Shown here in pieces: positions 19,042-27,158 of a stretch of 46,946 bases of DNA (positions are counted from its first letter, which is position 1; the number at the start of each line of letters is the position of its first letter). Location: NCBI GenBank assembly GCA_964449015.1, contig CAYVBH010000002.1, positions 1-46,946 on the forward strand, given 5' to 3'. The DNA comes from an uncultured Bacteroidales bacterium (GTDB lineage Bacteria; Bacteroidota; Bacteroidia; Bacteroidales; UBA10428). The notes below the pieces were generated by a model. It did not search any database and was not told the origin of the DNA. It saw nothing but the letters and a program-made list of their open reading frames with translations. Position numbers and translations under genes: made by a program.

Positions 19042-19980
19042 TCACTGCGTTCCATTGGCAATAACTTCCCTGTATTCTTTTCTCGTCAACCCTTCAAAAA
19101 TAAAGTAGGAAGGATTCAGCGGTTTTCCATTTTTCCTGACTTCGTAATGCAAGTGGGGTCCGGAGCTTAAGCCTGTATCACCGACACGACCAATGATATC
19201 ACCTTTTTGTACTAGTTTATTATCGTATACTTCCAATCGGACGAGGTGACCATAGAAGGTCTGGTATCCAAATTTATGTTCAATCAGGCATGGCCGACCA
19301 TAACCAGCGCTAATGTGTTCCTCAATCATTTTTACTTTCCCGTTGGCCGGAGCCACCACAATCGTGCCTACAGGTGCTTGAATATCAATCCCGGTGTGCA
19401 TCCTGGGCTCATTTAGAATAGGATGATCACGCATGCCAAATCCGGAAACTATCCGGGCATCTTTTTTTGCAATGGGATATGCAGCCGGGATGGACCTAAA
19501 AATCTTCTTCTTGTTCTCAATGGATTTTATTAAGTCATTTATGCTGCTCTCCAACAGCTTCTGCTGACGATCGGACCTCATTGTTGTGGAATCATAATCC
19601 TTTGAAGACACGGCTGTTGCTTCAAACTCATTCATGTTTTCTGCGTATTGCCTGGCATAGTTCTTATATTGGCTGACAAATTCGTGGATTCGATCTATTT
19701 CAGGTGACTCCGTGTATATTAATTCATCATAGAGTTCATCAAAGAGGCGAATTTCATTGGTTAAGTTGTTGATTCTCTGGATTGATGCATCTATTGCCTC
19801 AGTTTGTTCTTTGGGAGTATTTTTTACCTCACGTTCTATTGAATTGAAATCATTCGCTTCTGGTTTAAACTTATAGATTAGAATAAAAACTATCGCAAGA
19901 ATTACGATAAGTACGACAATCATAATAACCAGGTTACCGGATCTATTTTCGCCGTCAGATGAGTCCTTGTTTGGATTCAT
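19042..19980 (-). CDS. Membrane-anchored M23 family metallopeptidase
   Basis: 312 aa with an N-terminal TM segment (LVIMIVVLIVILAIVFILI), a coiled-coil-like linker, and M23 motifs 'HTGIDIQAPVGT', 'GDTGLSSGPHLHYEV'. The gap to the upstream co-oriented gene is only 32 nt. Confidence 0.9.
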   Translation of the reverse strand: MNPNKDSSDGENRSGNLVIMIVVLIVILAIVFILIYKFKPEANDFNSIEREVKNTPKEQTEAIDASIQRINNLTNEIRLFDELYDELIYTESPEIDRIHEFVSQYKNYARQYAENMNEFEATAVSSKDYDSTTMRSDRQQKLLESSINDLIKSIENKKKIFRSIPAAYPIAKKDARIVSGFGMRDHPILNEPRMHTGIDIQAPVGTIVVAPANGKVKMIEEHISAGYGRPCLIEHKFGYQTFYGHLVRLEVYDNKLVQKGDIIGRVGDTGLSSGPHLHYEVRKNGKPLNPSYFIFEGLTRKEYREVIANGTQ

Positions 19981-20012
19981 GACAGAAATCTAAAAGAAGT
20001 TATTTTAGGCAA

Positions 20013-20672
20013 CTATTTTCTTTGCTGTTTATAGCCCTTATTTTCAACCAAACAAATCTTTAGTGAATCCCGACATTTTGTTAATTGGTATTGCAGCTTC
20101 TGAGCCTGGCTTTGAAATTTTTCAACATTTGAACTTAACAGATCAACTTGGGATTTCAATGTATTGTTCTCTTTCTCGAGATCACTTCTTCTATATAACT
20201 CCCGCTGTAAATCACCTGATCCGGTTACCACAACATTCTCCTTTGCCTGAAGTTGCTCTTCAAGCTTAAATTTATCAATATAAGCGGTTTTTAAAGCAAA
20301 ATAGGTTTCTACAATATTCTTGTACATTAAATATTGTTGATCTTCCTCATTAACCTTCCATGCTTTCTTAATATTTTCAAGTGATACGTTGATACTTGTT
20401 TCAACATCCCCCAGAATTAAGCCTTTTGCATTAAAGTTTGGTAAATCCTTTAATTTGCTTGTTGCTTCGTTAATATTGGGTTGAAAAAACTTCTGTTGGA
20501 ACATCAAATCATTCTTTAAATCATCAAGCTGTTTTCTTGATGCATAATCCATCATTTGATTTACATTCATTGTAGAAAAGCCCAATAACATAGCCAGAAC
20601 AAAGCTGAGTATAAATAAGCCAGTTACTTTATAAAAGGCTTTGGCCCTTTCTTTACTATTAATTGGTTTCAT
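20013..20672 (-). CDS. Single-pass membrane, coiled-coil protein; possible TssO-like T6SS(iii) membrane-complex component
   Basis: I chose the start at the internal Met (MKPINSK...) so the gene does not overlap the upstream one. It has one TM segment (VTGLFILSFVLAMLLGF) followed by a heptad-rich, Q/L/E/K-rich C-terminus. The assignment rests on position and architecture only. Confidence 0.35.
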   Translation of the reverse strand: MKPINSKERAKAFYKVTGLFILSFVLAMLLGFSTMNVNQMMDYASRKQLDDLKNDLMFQQKFFQPNINEATSKLKDLPNFNAKGLILGDVETSINVSLENIKKAWKVNEEDQQYLMYKNIVETYFALKTAYIDKFKLEEQLQAKENVVVTGSGDLQRELYRRSDLEKENNTLKSQVDLLSSNVEKFQSQAQKLQYQLTKCRDSLKICLVENKGYKQQRK

Positions 20673-20682
20673 TGAAGTTGGA

Positions 20683-21537
20683 TTAGTCGTTTTTACTAAT
20701 GCGTTGACAATAAAGCAGATCGTTCTCTCTAATTTCGCTGGCGTAAACAGAACTGTCAGGATCAATAGTTACTTTCAAACCAAGAAACCTGTTCTTTACT
20801 TTTCTAAAAATCCAACCACACGGTTCGTGATTTTCATTTAAATAGGAAATGGTTCCTTCGGGATGTCTGTCGTTGTAATCGTTGATAAAAAAATAAAACA
20901 AACGTCCCACTTTCATCCCGACAGGCGCCTTTGCTCTGAAAGTCGTTAATTTATAACTGCTTTCATTCTTTTCAAAAATAAAACTAATAATGATTGGATT
21001 TTCCAATTCTTCATCGGATGGATCGTCAATATTTTGACCAACAGGATAATACCATAGTTTATAAATCTTTGGAGGAACTTTAACTAATTCCTCAATTGTT
21101 TTATTAAGCAGTAAAGGAATCAGAAACCAGAGCAATGATATATACCATGTGAATGGAAGCTGGTGTTTCTGCAAGTCAGATAATGACAGGTTACTGAAAA
21201 AGAAAGCCAGAATAAGTATGCAAATGACAAAAAGCAATTGCATGTTAAATGGTTGTGCTTTGTACCAGGGCAATGTTGTTGGAATTAAAACAACATGCAA
21301 AACACCCATGAATAAAATAAATACCTGGGCACAAACCAGAACAAGTATTTGGCTGAGATTGAACTTAAACAGGTTAAATAAGGTAGGAAAAGCAAGTAAC
21401 AGAGAAATCAACAGAATATATATGACAGAAGCCAATCCGTATTTTTTCAACACTTTTATCCTTTTGAACAAGACCATCAGAATACCGCCCGAAAATACCA
21501 GACTGGCAACTTTCAATGCAATACTTGCGGAATTCAT
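20683..21537 (-). CDS. Polytopic membrane protein with soluble C-terminal domain; possible TssN-like T6SS(iii) component
   Basis: 284 aa with about five hydrophobic helices in the first ~150 aa and a ~130-aa soluble domain. The size and architecture fit what I recall of TssN, and the gene lies inside the T6SS locus. Confidence 0.45.
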   Translation of the reverse strand: MNSASIALKVASLVFSGGILMVLFKRIKVLKKYGLASVIYILLISLLLAFPTLFNLFKFNLSQILVLVCAQVFILFMGVLHVVLIPTTLPWYKAQPFNMQLLFVICILILAFFFSNLSLSDLQKHQLPFTWYISLLWFLIPLLLNKTIEELVKVPPKIYKLWYYPVGQNIDDPSDEELENPIIISFIFEKNESSYKLTTFRAKAPVGMKVGRLFYFFINDYNDRHPEGTISYLNENHEPCGWIFRKVKNRFLGLKVTIDPDSSVYASEIRENDLLYCQRISKND

Positions 21538-21725
21538 TCCTACGAGGGTTTGTTGGTTAAATATAACAAAGAATTATTACAATTCCTATATGTAAATTAC
21601 TGATTTTGTGGAGCATTATCTGTTAATACAATCTTCCCATCCGATCACCATTGAGACAACAGACTTTGATATCTTCCCATGTTTGACAGCCTGCATTCTC
21701 GGGTTGTTATAAAAAGAATAATCCT

Positions 21726-22664
21726 CTAAAAATTCCAAACCAATTCAACAGCGCCACCCTCGTTGAGTGGGACAAAATTCATACTCATGGTTCGCTTAGC
21801 TTTTTGGAGCTTTTTCGTTTGAATAATAACCTGGGAAATACAAACCCCCGAAACAATCGCCGAGGCTATTCCCACTTTCCTGTAATTGGTATATTTTTTT
21901 TCCAGTTCATCAGTTCCTTCATTTTTCCAATCACCATAGGTACTATTATATTTAAGAAAGCAATATGCACTTATGCCAGCGGATGCAAGGGTTGCACCCA
22001 ACCAAATGTTCTTAAGATTTTTGTGTTTCTGCAGATCTTGCTCATTTCCTGTATTAATGGTAACTTCCTTTACAATCGTATTGAATGCATTGTTTTTACT
22101 ACTGCGCGCCATTAGTTCCACTTTGTAGGTGCCTCCTGACTTATATTTATGAGCAGGACTTTCCAGGGTTGATAAATTATTACCTGGTGATTTTAAATCC
22201 CCAAAGTTCCATGAATATAAATCAGCATTTCTTGATTTGTTTTCGAATTTTACTTCAAAGGGCGATTCTTTAGTCATAATCCTATACTCAAAACCCGCCA
22301 ATGGGTCACTTATTGGTTTGGCAACAACTTCAATGGTTACCCTATTGATATCACCCCTGAATTCATTTGGGAAGTCCCATAGTATTACTTTCTCGATGCC
22401 TGGCGCTACTTTACTACCCCAGGAACCAGTAAGCGTACTATCCTGAGGCTGAATTACCTGATTATTGTAATAAATCTTCAGGATTATATCAAAAAGCTGG
22501 GTTGAATCCGAAGAGGGCAGGTCATATTTTATTGCCAGCTGTTTGCCATCCAATGTAAGGTATCTGTTTACGTTGGAAACGTAAGTTGATTCCTGGCCAA
22601 TGAGGTAATTAAATGAAAAGGCCGTGAGGAATAACATATTGAAAAACCTGATTAAATATCTCAT
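21726..22664 (-). CDS. Signal-peptide protein with PKD domain and two C-terminal TM segments
   Basis: 312 aa. The PKD signature is 'FEVKFENKSRNADLYSWNFGD....SPAHKYKSGGTYKVEL'. The hydrophobic segments are IWLGATLASAGISAYCFL and VGIASAIVSGVCISQVII. It is the first gene of the co-oriented array ending in the M23 peptidase. Confidence 0.6.
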   Translation of the reverse strand: MRYLIRFFNMLFLTAFSFNYLIGQESTYVSNVNRYLTLDGKQLAIKYDLPSSDSTQLFDIILKIYYNNQVIQPQDSTLTGSWGSKVAPGIEKVILWDFPNEFRGDINRVTIEVVAKPISDPLAGFEYRIMTKESPFEVKFENKSRNADLYSWNFGDLKSPGNNLSTLESPAHKYKSGGTYKVELMARSSKNNAFNTIVKEVTINTGNEQDLQKHKNLKNIWLGATLASAGISAYCFLKYNSTYGDWKNEGTDELEKKYTNYRKVGIASAIVSGVCISQVIIQTKKLQKAKRTMSMNFVPLNEGGAVELVWNF

Positions 22665-22955
22665 ATCAATACATTATTATAAATTACACGTATCCCTTTG
22701 TTCGAAGTAATAAACAGATCAAGATTTCACCTATAAAATTTACAATAAAAATGCGTGAAAATCAAGAAATTCAATAACTAAATACATACCCGCATTGAAA
22801 AGCACCAAATTGAATAACAATCTCTTGTAGAAAAACCTGGTTTTAACCTGAAATCCAATAAATTCCGTATCAAATAATTGATTATAAGTATTGACTTGGC
22901 TAAATGAATTTAGTAACTTTATATAAGTTAATTCCCTATTCTTAATTCGCCTAAC

Positions 22956-23435
22956 ATGGGTAAACCCGCTGCACGCGTTGGTGATATGCATGTTTGCCCG
23001 ATGGTAACACCGGGAGTTCCTCCCATACCGCATGTTGGGGGGCCGATCCTGCCTCCGGGATGTCCTACCGTTCTTATCGGTGGCATGCCTGCAGCGGGAA
23101 TGGGAGATATGTGCACTTGTGTTGGCCCGCCTGATGTCATTGTGTTAGGTTCAACTGGTGTTTTTATTGGTGGCAAGCCGGCAGCACGCATGGGGGATCA
23201 AACATCACATGGCGGAGCCATTACATTGGGATGTCCTACTGTATTGATCGGAGAAACAGGCAGTGGTGGTTCAGGCGGAGGGGCCGCAGGCGGAGCCGGG
23301 GGAGGTGCAGGTAACGGCACAGGAGGCGGAGCAGTATCTGCTTCGGAGCCACCTCAGGTGCAAACCTTTAAAGCTGCAGCAAAAGATGGAACTCCATTCT
23401 GTGCCGAATGTGAGGCAGCCAAAAATAAGAAATAA
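22956..23435 (+). CDS. PAAR-domain T6SS spike-tip protein with Gly-rich linker and short C-terminal CxxC tail
   Basis: 159 aa with three PAAR-type motifs (KPAARVGD, MPAAGMGD, KPAARMGD). A Gly-rich linker spans residues about 101-127. The tail ends '...AAKDGTPFCAECEAAKNKK'. Confidence 0.9.
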   Translation: MGKPAARVGDMHVCPMVTPGVPPIPHVGGPILPPGCPTVLIGGMPAAGMGDMCTCVGPPDVIVLGSTGVFIGGKPAARMGDQTSHGGAITLGCPTVLIGETGSGGSGGGAAGGAGGGAGNGTGGGAVSASEPPQVQTFKAAAKDGTPFCAECEAAKNKK

Positions 23436-23460
23436 AGTTCGTTTTTAATATTTTACTGTG

Positions 23461-24000
23461 ATGGCACTTAACACTGATCAGGTCTCTGTTGAAATTGCAA
23501 AGGATAAAACAGTCCCTGATTTCTTATGGAATCGGGCCGAGGACAAAACCTGCAATTTATACGCTATTGTTGATTCAGCACGAAATGATGAAGTATTTCA
23601 ATATTTCCTTAATGATAAAATCGAATATAAGTCTCTTTTTGAAGGAAAAGCGGATGTAAAATTTTTCAGTGTTTCTGGTTTTTTAGTAGAGTGCAAAAGA
23701 GATTCAACCTTGTTCAACTGGCTTACTACTGAAGCATGGGGTAGCAGCTGTTCCGTATTCTTTTTATCTAAAGCTTCATTTAGTGAAGTTTTAAAGCATT
23801 TGCAGAAGTTTATCCGTGTTTATCTGGAAGACGATGATATAGTCTATTTTAGATTTTATGATCCGAGAGTTTTGCGTGTATATCTACCAACCTGTAATAG
23901 TAAGGAGATCAGGACTTTTTTTGGAGAAATAGAAAGTTTTTTTGTGGAAGGTGAGGATCAGAAGGTTATGATTGAATTTCAAAAAGATTCAATTTCTTAA
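23461..24000 (+). CDS. DUF4123-family protein (T6SS effector adaptor/chaperone family, Tap-1/TEC-like)
   Basis: 'LYAIVDSARNDEVFQYF' and 'VYFRFYDPRVLRVYLPTC' match the two hallmark DUF4123 blocks. I prefer the ATG at 23461 over the GTG at 23458 used by the ORF track. Confidence 0.8.
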   Translation: MALNTDQVSVEIAKDKTVPDFLWNRAEDKTCNLYAIVDSARNDEVFQYFLNDKIEYKSLFEGKADVKFFSVSGFLVECKRDSTLFNWLTTEAWGSSCSVFFLSKASFSEVLKHLQKFIRVYLEDDDIVYFRFYDPRVLRVYLPTCNSKEIRTFFGEIESFFVEGEDQKVMIEFQKDSIS

Positions 24001-24309
24001 ATATATGGATTAAAGATTATTTTGCACAAATTAACCTAATATCTTATTTCAAATGCCAAGTCATCTCTAAAAGATAATATATTACGTAATATGATTTAAT
24101 TTATCTGGTAGAATTAGGATGTTATTAATATTTATATTAAAATAAAATAATTATCATCAGCATTTTATTAAAAATCTGAATCTTGATATTAATGAGGATA
24201 AAGTATTAATATTTTATTTGTTTGGCAAATAGCTAGGCAACTTGAAAAATATAGGGGAAAAATGCATGTATATATTTGGTCATAACTTAACATGTATTCA
24301 GATTCGAAT
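24001..24309. other. Extremely AT-rich convergent spacer between the PAAR/DUF4123 arm and the vgrG cargo arm
   Basis: One 60-nt line I counted contains only 7 G/C. I saw no credible ORF and no clear hairpin. Confidence 0.7.
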
Positions 24310-25740
24310 TCAAATAGACGCTATTATAGGACGCAATCCAAGATTCTTTTTTAAGTACCAGTGTATTTCACATAAATCAGGTACATGTGAATGTCCCATT
24401 ATAAACACTGAAAATTTAGGTTTTTTATCTTTTAACTCTGAATATAATAAATCAATTGCAATGAGTTTCTTATTTATTGTAGTTTGTGAATCACCAATGA
24501 AATTCATAATCCTTTGCCAAACTAATTCTAAAGACCTAAATTCTGGAACTAGATATGCCAAGTCAGCAATAAAAGCACCTTGCCAATTTCCATCTTTGTT
24601 AACGGCTTCAAGTCTATGACCATGTTCTGCAAAAATATTATCTTCATAAAAATAAGCCATGCGGGCTTTCCTAAACCCTAATGCTTCATCCCATTTATTA
24701 TCTTTACTCCTCATTATATCAAGTAGATACGCGTCATGATTACCATGCAAATAAGTGATAATACCAAATTTCTCTAAAACATTAAATCTGCTAATTATTG
24801 AGTAATTTTGAGCCTCAATTCCAGTAATCCGATCCATCAATTTAGTTACCGCATCGTCTTCAAGTATTAGGCCTTCTTTACTATCATCAAAAAAAGTACC
24901 AATAGCGCCTATATTTTGCCATAATTCGTATAAATCACCTATTTGAATTACTTTTACCTTATCAAAATATTTATTCTTTACAATAAAGGAAATGACAAGA
25001 TCTAAAAAGCAAACTAACGATTCTCCAGCATTCTTAAATATATCAGCTTCTATACTTTGAATATATTCTTGGTAACGAATATATTTTTGACTAGAAGGAA
25101 TACCCCTTGCAATATCTTTATTATGACTATCATACATTTGGTTAAGTTCAGTTTGAGTAATATCTTTAAATTCATCTCTATATCTAATTTTAGGTAAGTG
25201 CATGTCTGGAAGAAAAATATAGATAGAATTAGATTGCGGAGGATTTTCAATTATCTCAGCCCATTTAACTATCTCTATAGCTCCTCCAACTTTTTTAGTT
25301 ATTGGTTCTCCTTGATCGCTCCAATCAAAGTGAATATCACTGTAATGGCCAAAATGTGACCAAAACTCATGAAATATTGGATCTGTAATTGAAAAGATAT
25401 CCGATGGTACTATGGGTATATGTGCTTGTTTATAGTTAAACTTGCAAAGTAAAACACATTTCTTATAAACAATACCAAAGTATCTTTTATCACCAGCCCA
25501 AACGCCGACATCTAAATATATAAAATAATTCACGTTGGGACTTAAAGGTGTTTTGTCCGATCTATTTGATGCAATTCGTGATATACTTACTTCCTTTTCT
25601 TTTACCGTAAAATCAATTCTAGGAGTATATTCTTTTAACCAATCAGTAAATGTCAAACCCTCAATAGTATTATAATTTGGATTATATTCAAGCACGATAT
25701 TTTCAATCTTTGCGTTTTCCATGATCAGACTGTTTGACAT
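24310..25740 (-). CDS. Calcineurin-like metallophosphoesterase with a ~170-aa N-terminal domain of unknown function (candidate T6SS cargo)
   Basis: 476 aa. All five MPE motifs are present in order: 'LPDMHLP' (DxH), 'IGDLYELW' (GD), 'LHGNHDAYL' (GNHD), 'AEHGHRLE' (H), 'IMGHSHVP' (GHxH). It is the last gene of the vgrG-downstream array. Confidence 0.8.
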   Translation of the reverse strand: MSNSLIMENAKIENIVLEYNPNYNTIEGLTFTDWLKEYTPRIDFTVKEKEVSISRIASNRSDKTPLSPNVNYFIYLDVGVWAGDKRYFGIVYKKCVLLCKFNYKQAHIPIVPSDIFSITDPIFHEFWSHFGHYSDIHFDWSDQGEPITKKVGGAIEIVKWAEIIENPPQSNSIYIFLPDMHLPKIRYRDEFKDITQTELNQMYDSHNKDIARGIPSSQKYIRYQEYIQSIEADIFKNAGESLVCFLDLVISFIVKNKYFDKVKVIQIGDLYELWQNIGAIGTFFDDSKEGLILEDDAVTKLMDRITGIEAQNYSIISRFNVLEKFGIITYLHGNHDAYLLDIMRSKDNKWDEALGFRKARMAYFYEDNIFAEHGHRLEAVNKDGNWQGAFIADLAYLVPEFRSLELVWQRIMNFIGDSQTTINKKLIAIDLLYSELKDKKPKFSVFIMGHSHVPDLCEIHWYLKKNLGLRPIIASI

Positions 25741-25759
25741 TGGTATGTATTAAACTCCA

Positions 25760-26395
25760 TTATAATCCATGTACTTCTTTAAGTTTATCTTTTGTCTCTT
25801 TATTTATTTTTCCGGTAATCTCAAGATTATGATTTTTTTGAAACTTCTTAAGAGCTTCTCCCATTTTTGAATTAAATTGACCATTAATCATCCCGCAATC
25901 AAATCCAAGATTATTAAGTCGTTCCTGAATTCCAGAAATTGTTTCCAAAGGATCTAGATTTCCTATATTTAAAATATAAGTAATAAGATTAGTATCATCT
26001 TCAACAATTAGCTTAGCTTTTTTTATATTTGGTGGTATTGAGATATTTAATACTCCATTTGAGCTTAATTTTCCTTCAGTAATATTTCCACCAATTTCCA
26101 ACTTATATGATGCATTTTTCATCTCTTCATTATCATAACTAAAAATCTTTAAGCATAATTTAGCTGGTACTCCTTTCATTTTAAAACGATTGCGCTTGTC
26201 GAAAAAGGCAATTTCATTTTTCTGATCTTTTTCTGGTATAAACACTCTATCTCCTTCAAACAATATACTCGGATCCTTTCTTAATTCTTTTAATGAAGCG
26301 TTCTTTGTATGATCCCAAATCGTCTTCGGAAAGAATCCAAATTTGAATGCAATACTATTTATACAGTCACCCTGTTTTACAATGTATTCCAGCAT
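25760..26395 (-). CDS. LysM - beta-rich middle - PG_binding_1 three-part protein
   Basis: 211 aa. The N-terminal LysM is 'YIVKQGDCINSIAFKFGF...GDRVFIP'. The C-terminal 'GIQERLNNLGFDCGMINGQFNSKMGEALKKFQKNHNL' is a typical PG_binding_1 helix bundle. I recognise no catalytic motif. Confidence 0.8.
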   Translation of the reverse strand: MLEYIVKQGDCINSIAFKFGFFPKTIWDHTKNASLKELRKDPSILFEGDRVFIPEKDQKNEIAFFDKRNRFKMKGVPAKLCLKIFSYDNEEMKNASYKLEIGGNITEGKLSSNGVLNISIPPNIKKAKLIVEDDTNLITYILNIGNLDPLETISGIQERLNNLGFDCGMINGQFNSKMGEALKKFQKNHNLEITGKINKETKDKLKEVHGL

Positions 26396-26406
26396 ATTTA
26401 AAATCT

Positions 26407-26706
26407 TTATTCCATAAGTACCTCCCAGGCATCTTTATCCAATTTTGGAAAAGTTATTTGACAATTTCCAGCATCAATGCCATCAATCCTAATCAAACCT
26501 AAAGAATTAGTAAAGCCACTGACTTCAGCACCATCAGGTAAGGTAAGTAAATACTCAACTCCGACAATTCCTTTCCCATCCTCGCCCACCATCTCAATTT
26601 CAACGAAATGAAAATCACATGATTGTTTTGAACTACCGGTATTTGGACTACTGTTGTTTGCAGCATCTCCACTGCTTTTCAGGTTGCTATTGGATTTTAT
26701 GGCCAT
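26407..26706 (-). CDS. Small hypothetical protein (disordered N-terminus + beta-sandwich-like core)
   Basis: 99 aa. The core 'FVEIEMVGEDGKGIVGVEYLLTLPDGAEVSGFTNSLGLIRIDGIDAGNCQITFP' resembles small Big/carboxypeptidase-regulatory-like sandwiches. It is tightly packed, with gaps of 11-12 nt on both sides. Confidence 0.5.
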   Translation of the reverse strand: MAIKSNSNLKSSGDAANNSSPNTGSSKQSCDFHFVEIEMVGEDGKGIVGVEYLLTLPDGAEVSGFTNSLGLIRIDGIDAGNCQITFPKLDKDAWEVLME

Positions 26707-26718
26707 GTTTTAATTCAT

Positions 26719-27090
26719 TTACGATAACTTTTTGTTTTCATCAGAACGTTTTAGTACCTCTTGGTATAGTTTGCCAATCCTGATACTTGGATTAGGCTCT
26801 TTCTTATCCATTAATATCGCTAGCATCCATGCATTTTCAGGCTTTTTATCGAAATCCATTCCAAAAAATATCGATATGTTGAGAAATTTGCATATATCCC
26901 GTTCAGTAATTAATTCATATTCTCCAGCCCGTTGAATTATTTCCAGTATGTTTTTTCTTAATTGGCCATCATCCATTGCCTTGCTTTCTATTGGGAAATA
27001 CTTCCTGACATGAATCATCATGTTTTCAATAAATTGTTTCATTGCCAGTTCATCAAATACCTGGACTTGTTCTTTTCGGATCGTTAGCAT
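26719..27090 (-). CDS. Small hypothetical cytoplasmic protein (candidate immunity or accessory protein)
   Basis: 123 aa, predicted helical, with no signal peptide. It lies directly downstream of the 432-aa gene. Confidence 0.5.
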   Translation of the reverse strand: MLTIRKEQVQVFDELAMKQFIENMMIHVRKYFPIESKAMDDGQLRKNILEIIQRAGEYELITERDICKFLNISIFFGMDFDKKPENAWMLAILMDKKEPNPSIRIGKLYQEVLKRSDENKKLS

Positions 27091-27158
27091 GATTTATTTG
27101 ATATAAGCATTATACCTAATATCATAGTAATTATTACTTTCATTTTACAATTTTAGAT

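Noticed and set aside
21149-21595. A 148-aa plus-strand ORF antisense to the TssN-like gene.
   Set aside because: It lies fully inside the TM-rich minus-strand gene, has no motifs, and its start context is inside coding sequence.
22740-23191. Two minus-strand ORFs (97 and 87 aa) overlapping the PAAR gene and its upstream region.
   Set aside because: The Pro/Gly-rich 87-aa ORF is the antisense image of the Gly/Pro/Ala-rich PAAR gene. The 97-aa ORF spans an AT-rich intergenic region and has no coding signal.
24242-24619. A 125-aa plus-strand ORF with a TTG start, in the position where a DUF4123-dependent effector or an immunity gene might be expected.
   Set aside because: Most of it overlaps the 3' end of the metallophosphoesterase gene on the other strand. 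It starts with a non-ATG codon in 12-20% GC sequence, and its product has no motif or signal peptide. It is worth a second look only if transcript or proteomic data support it.
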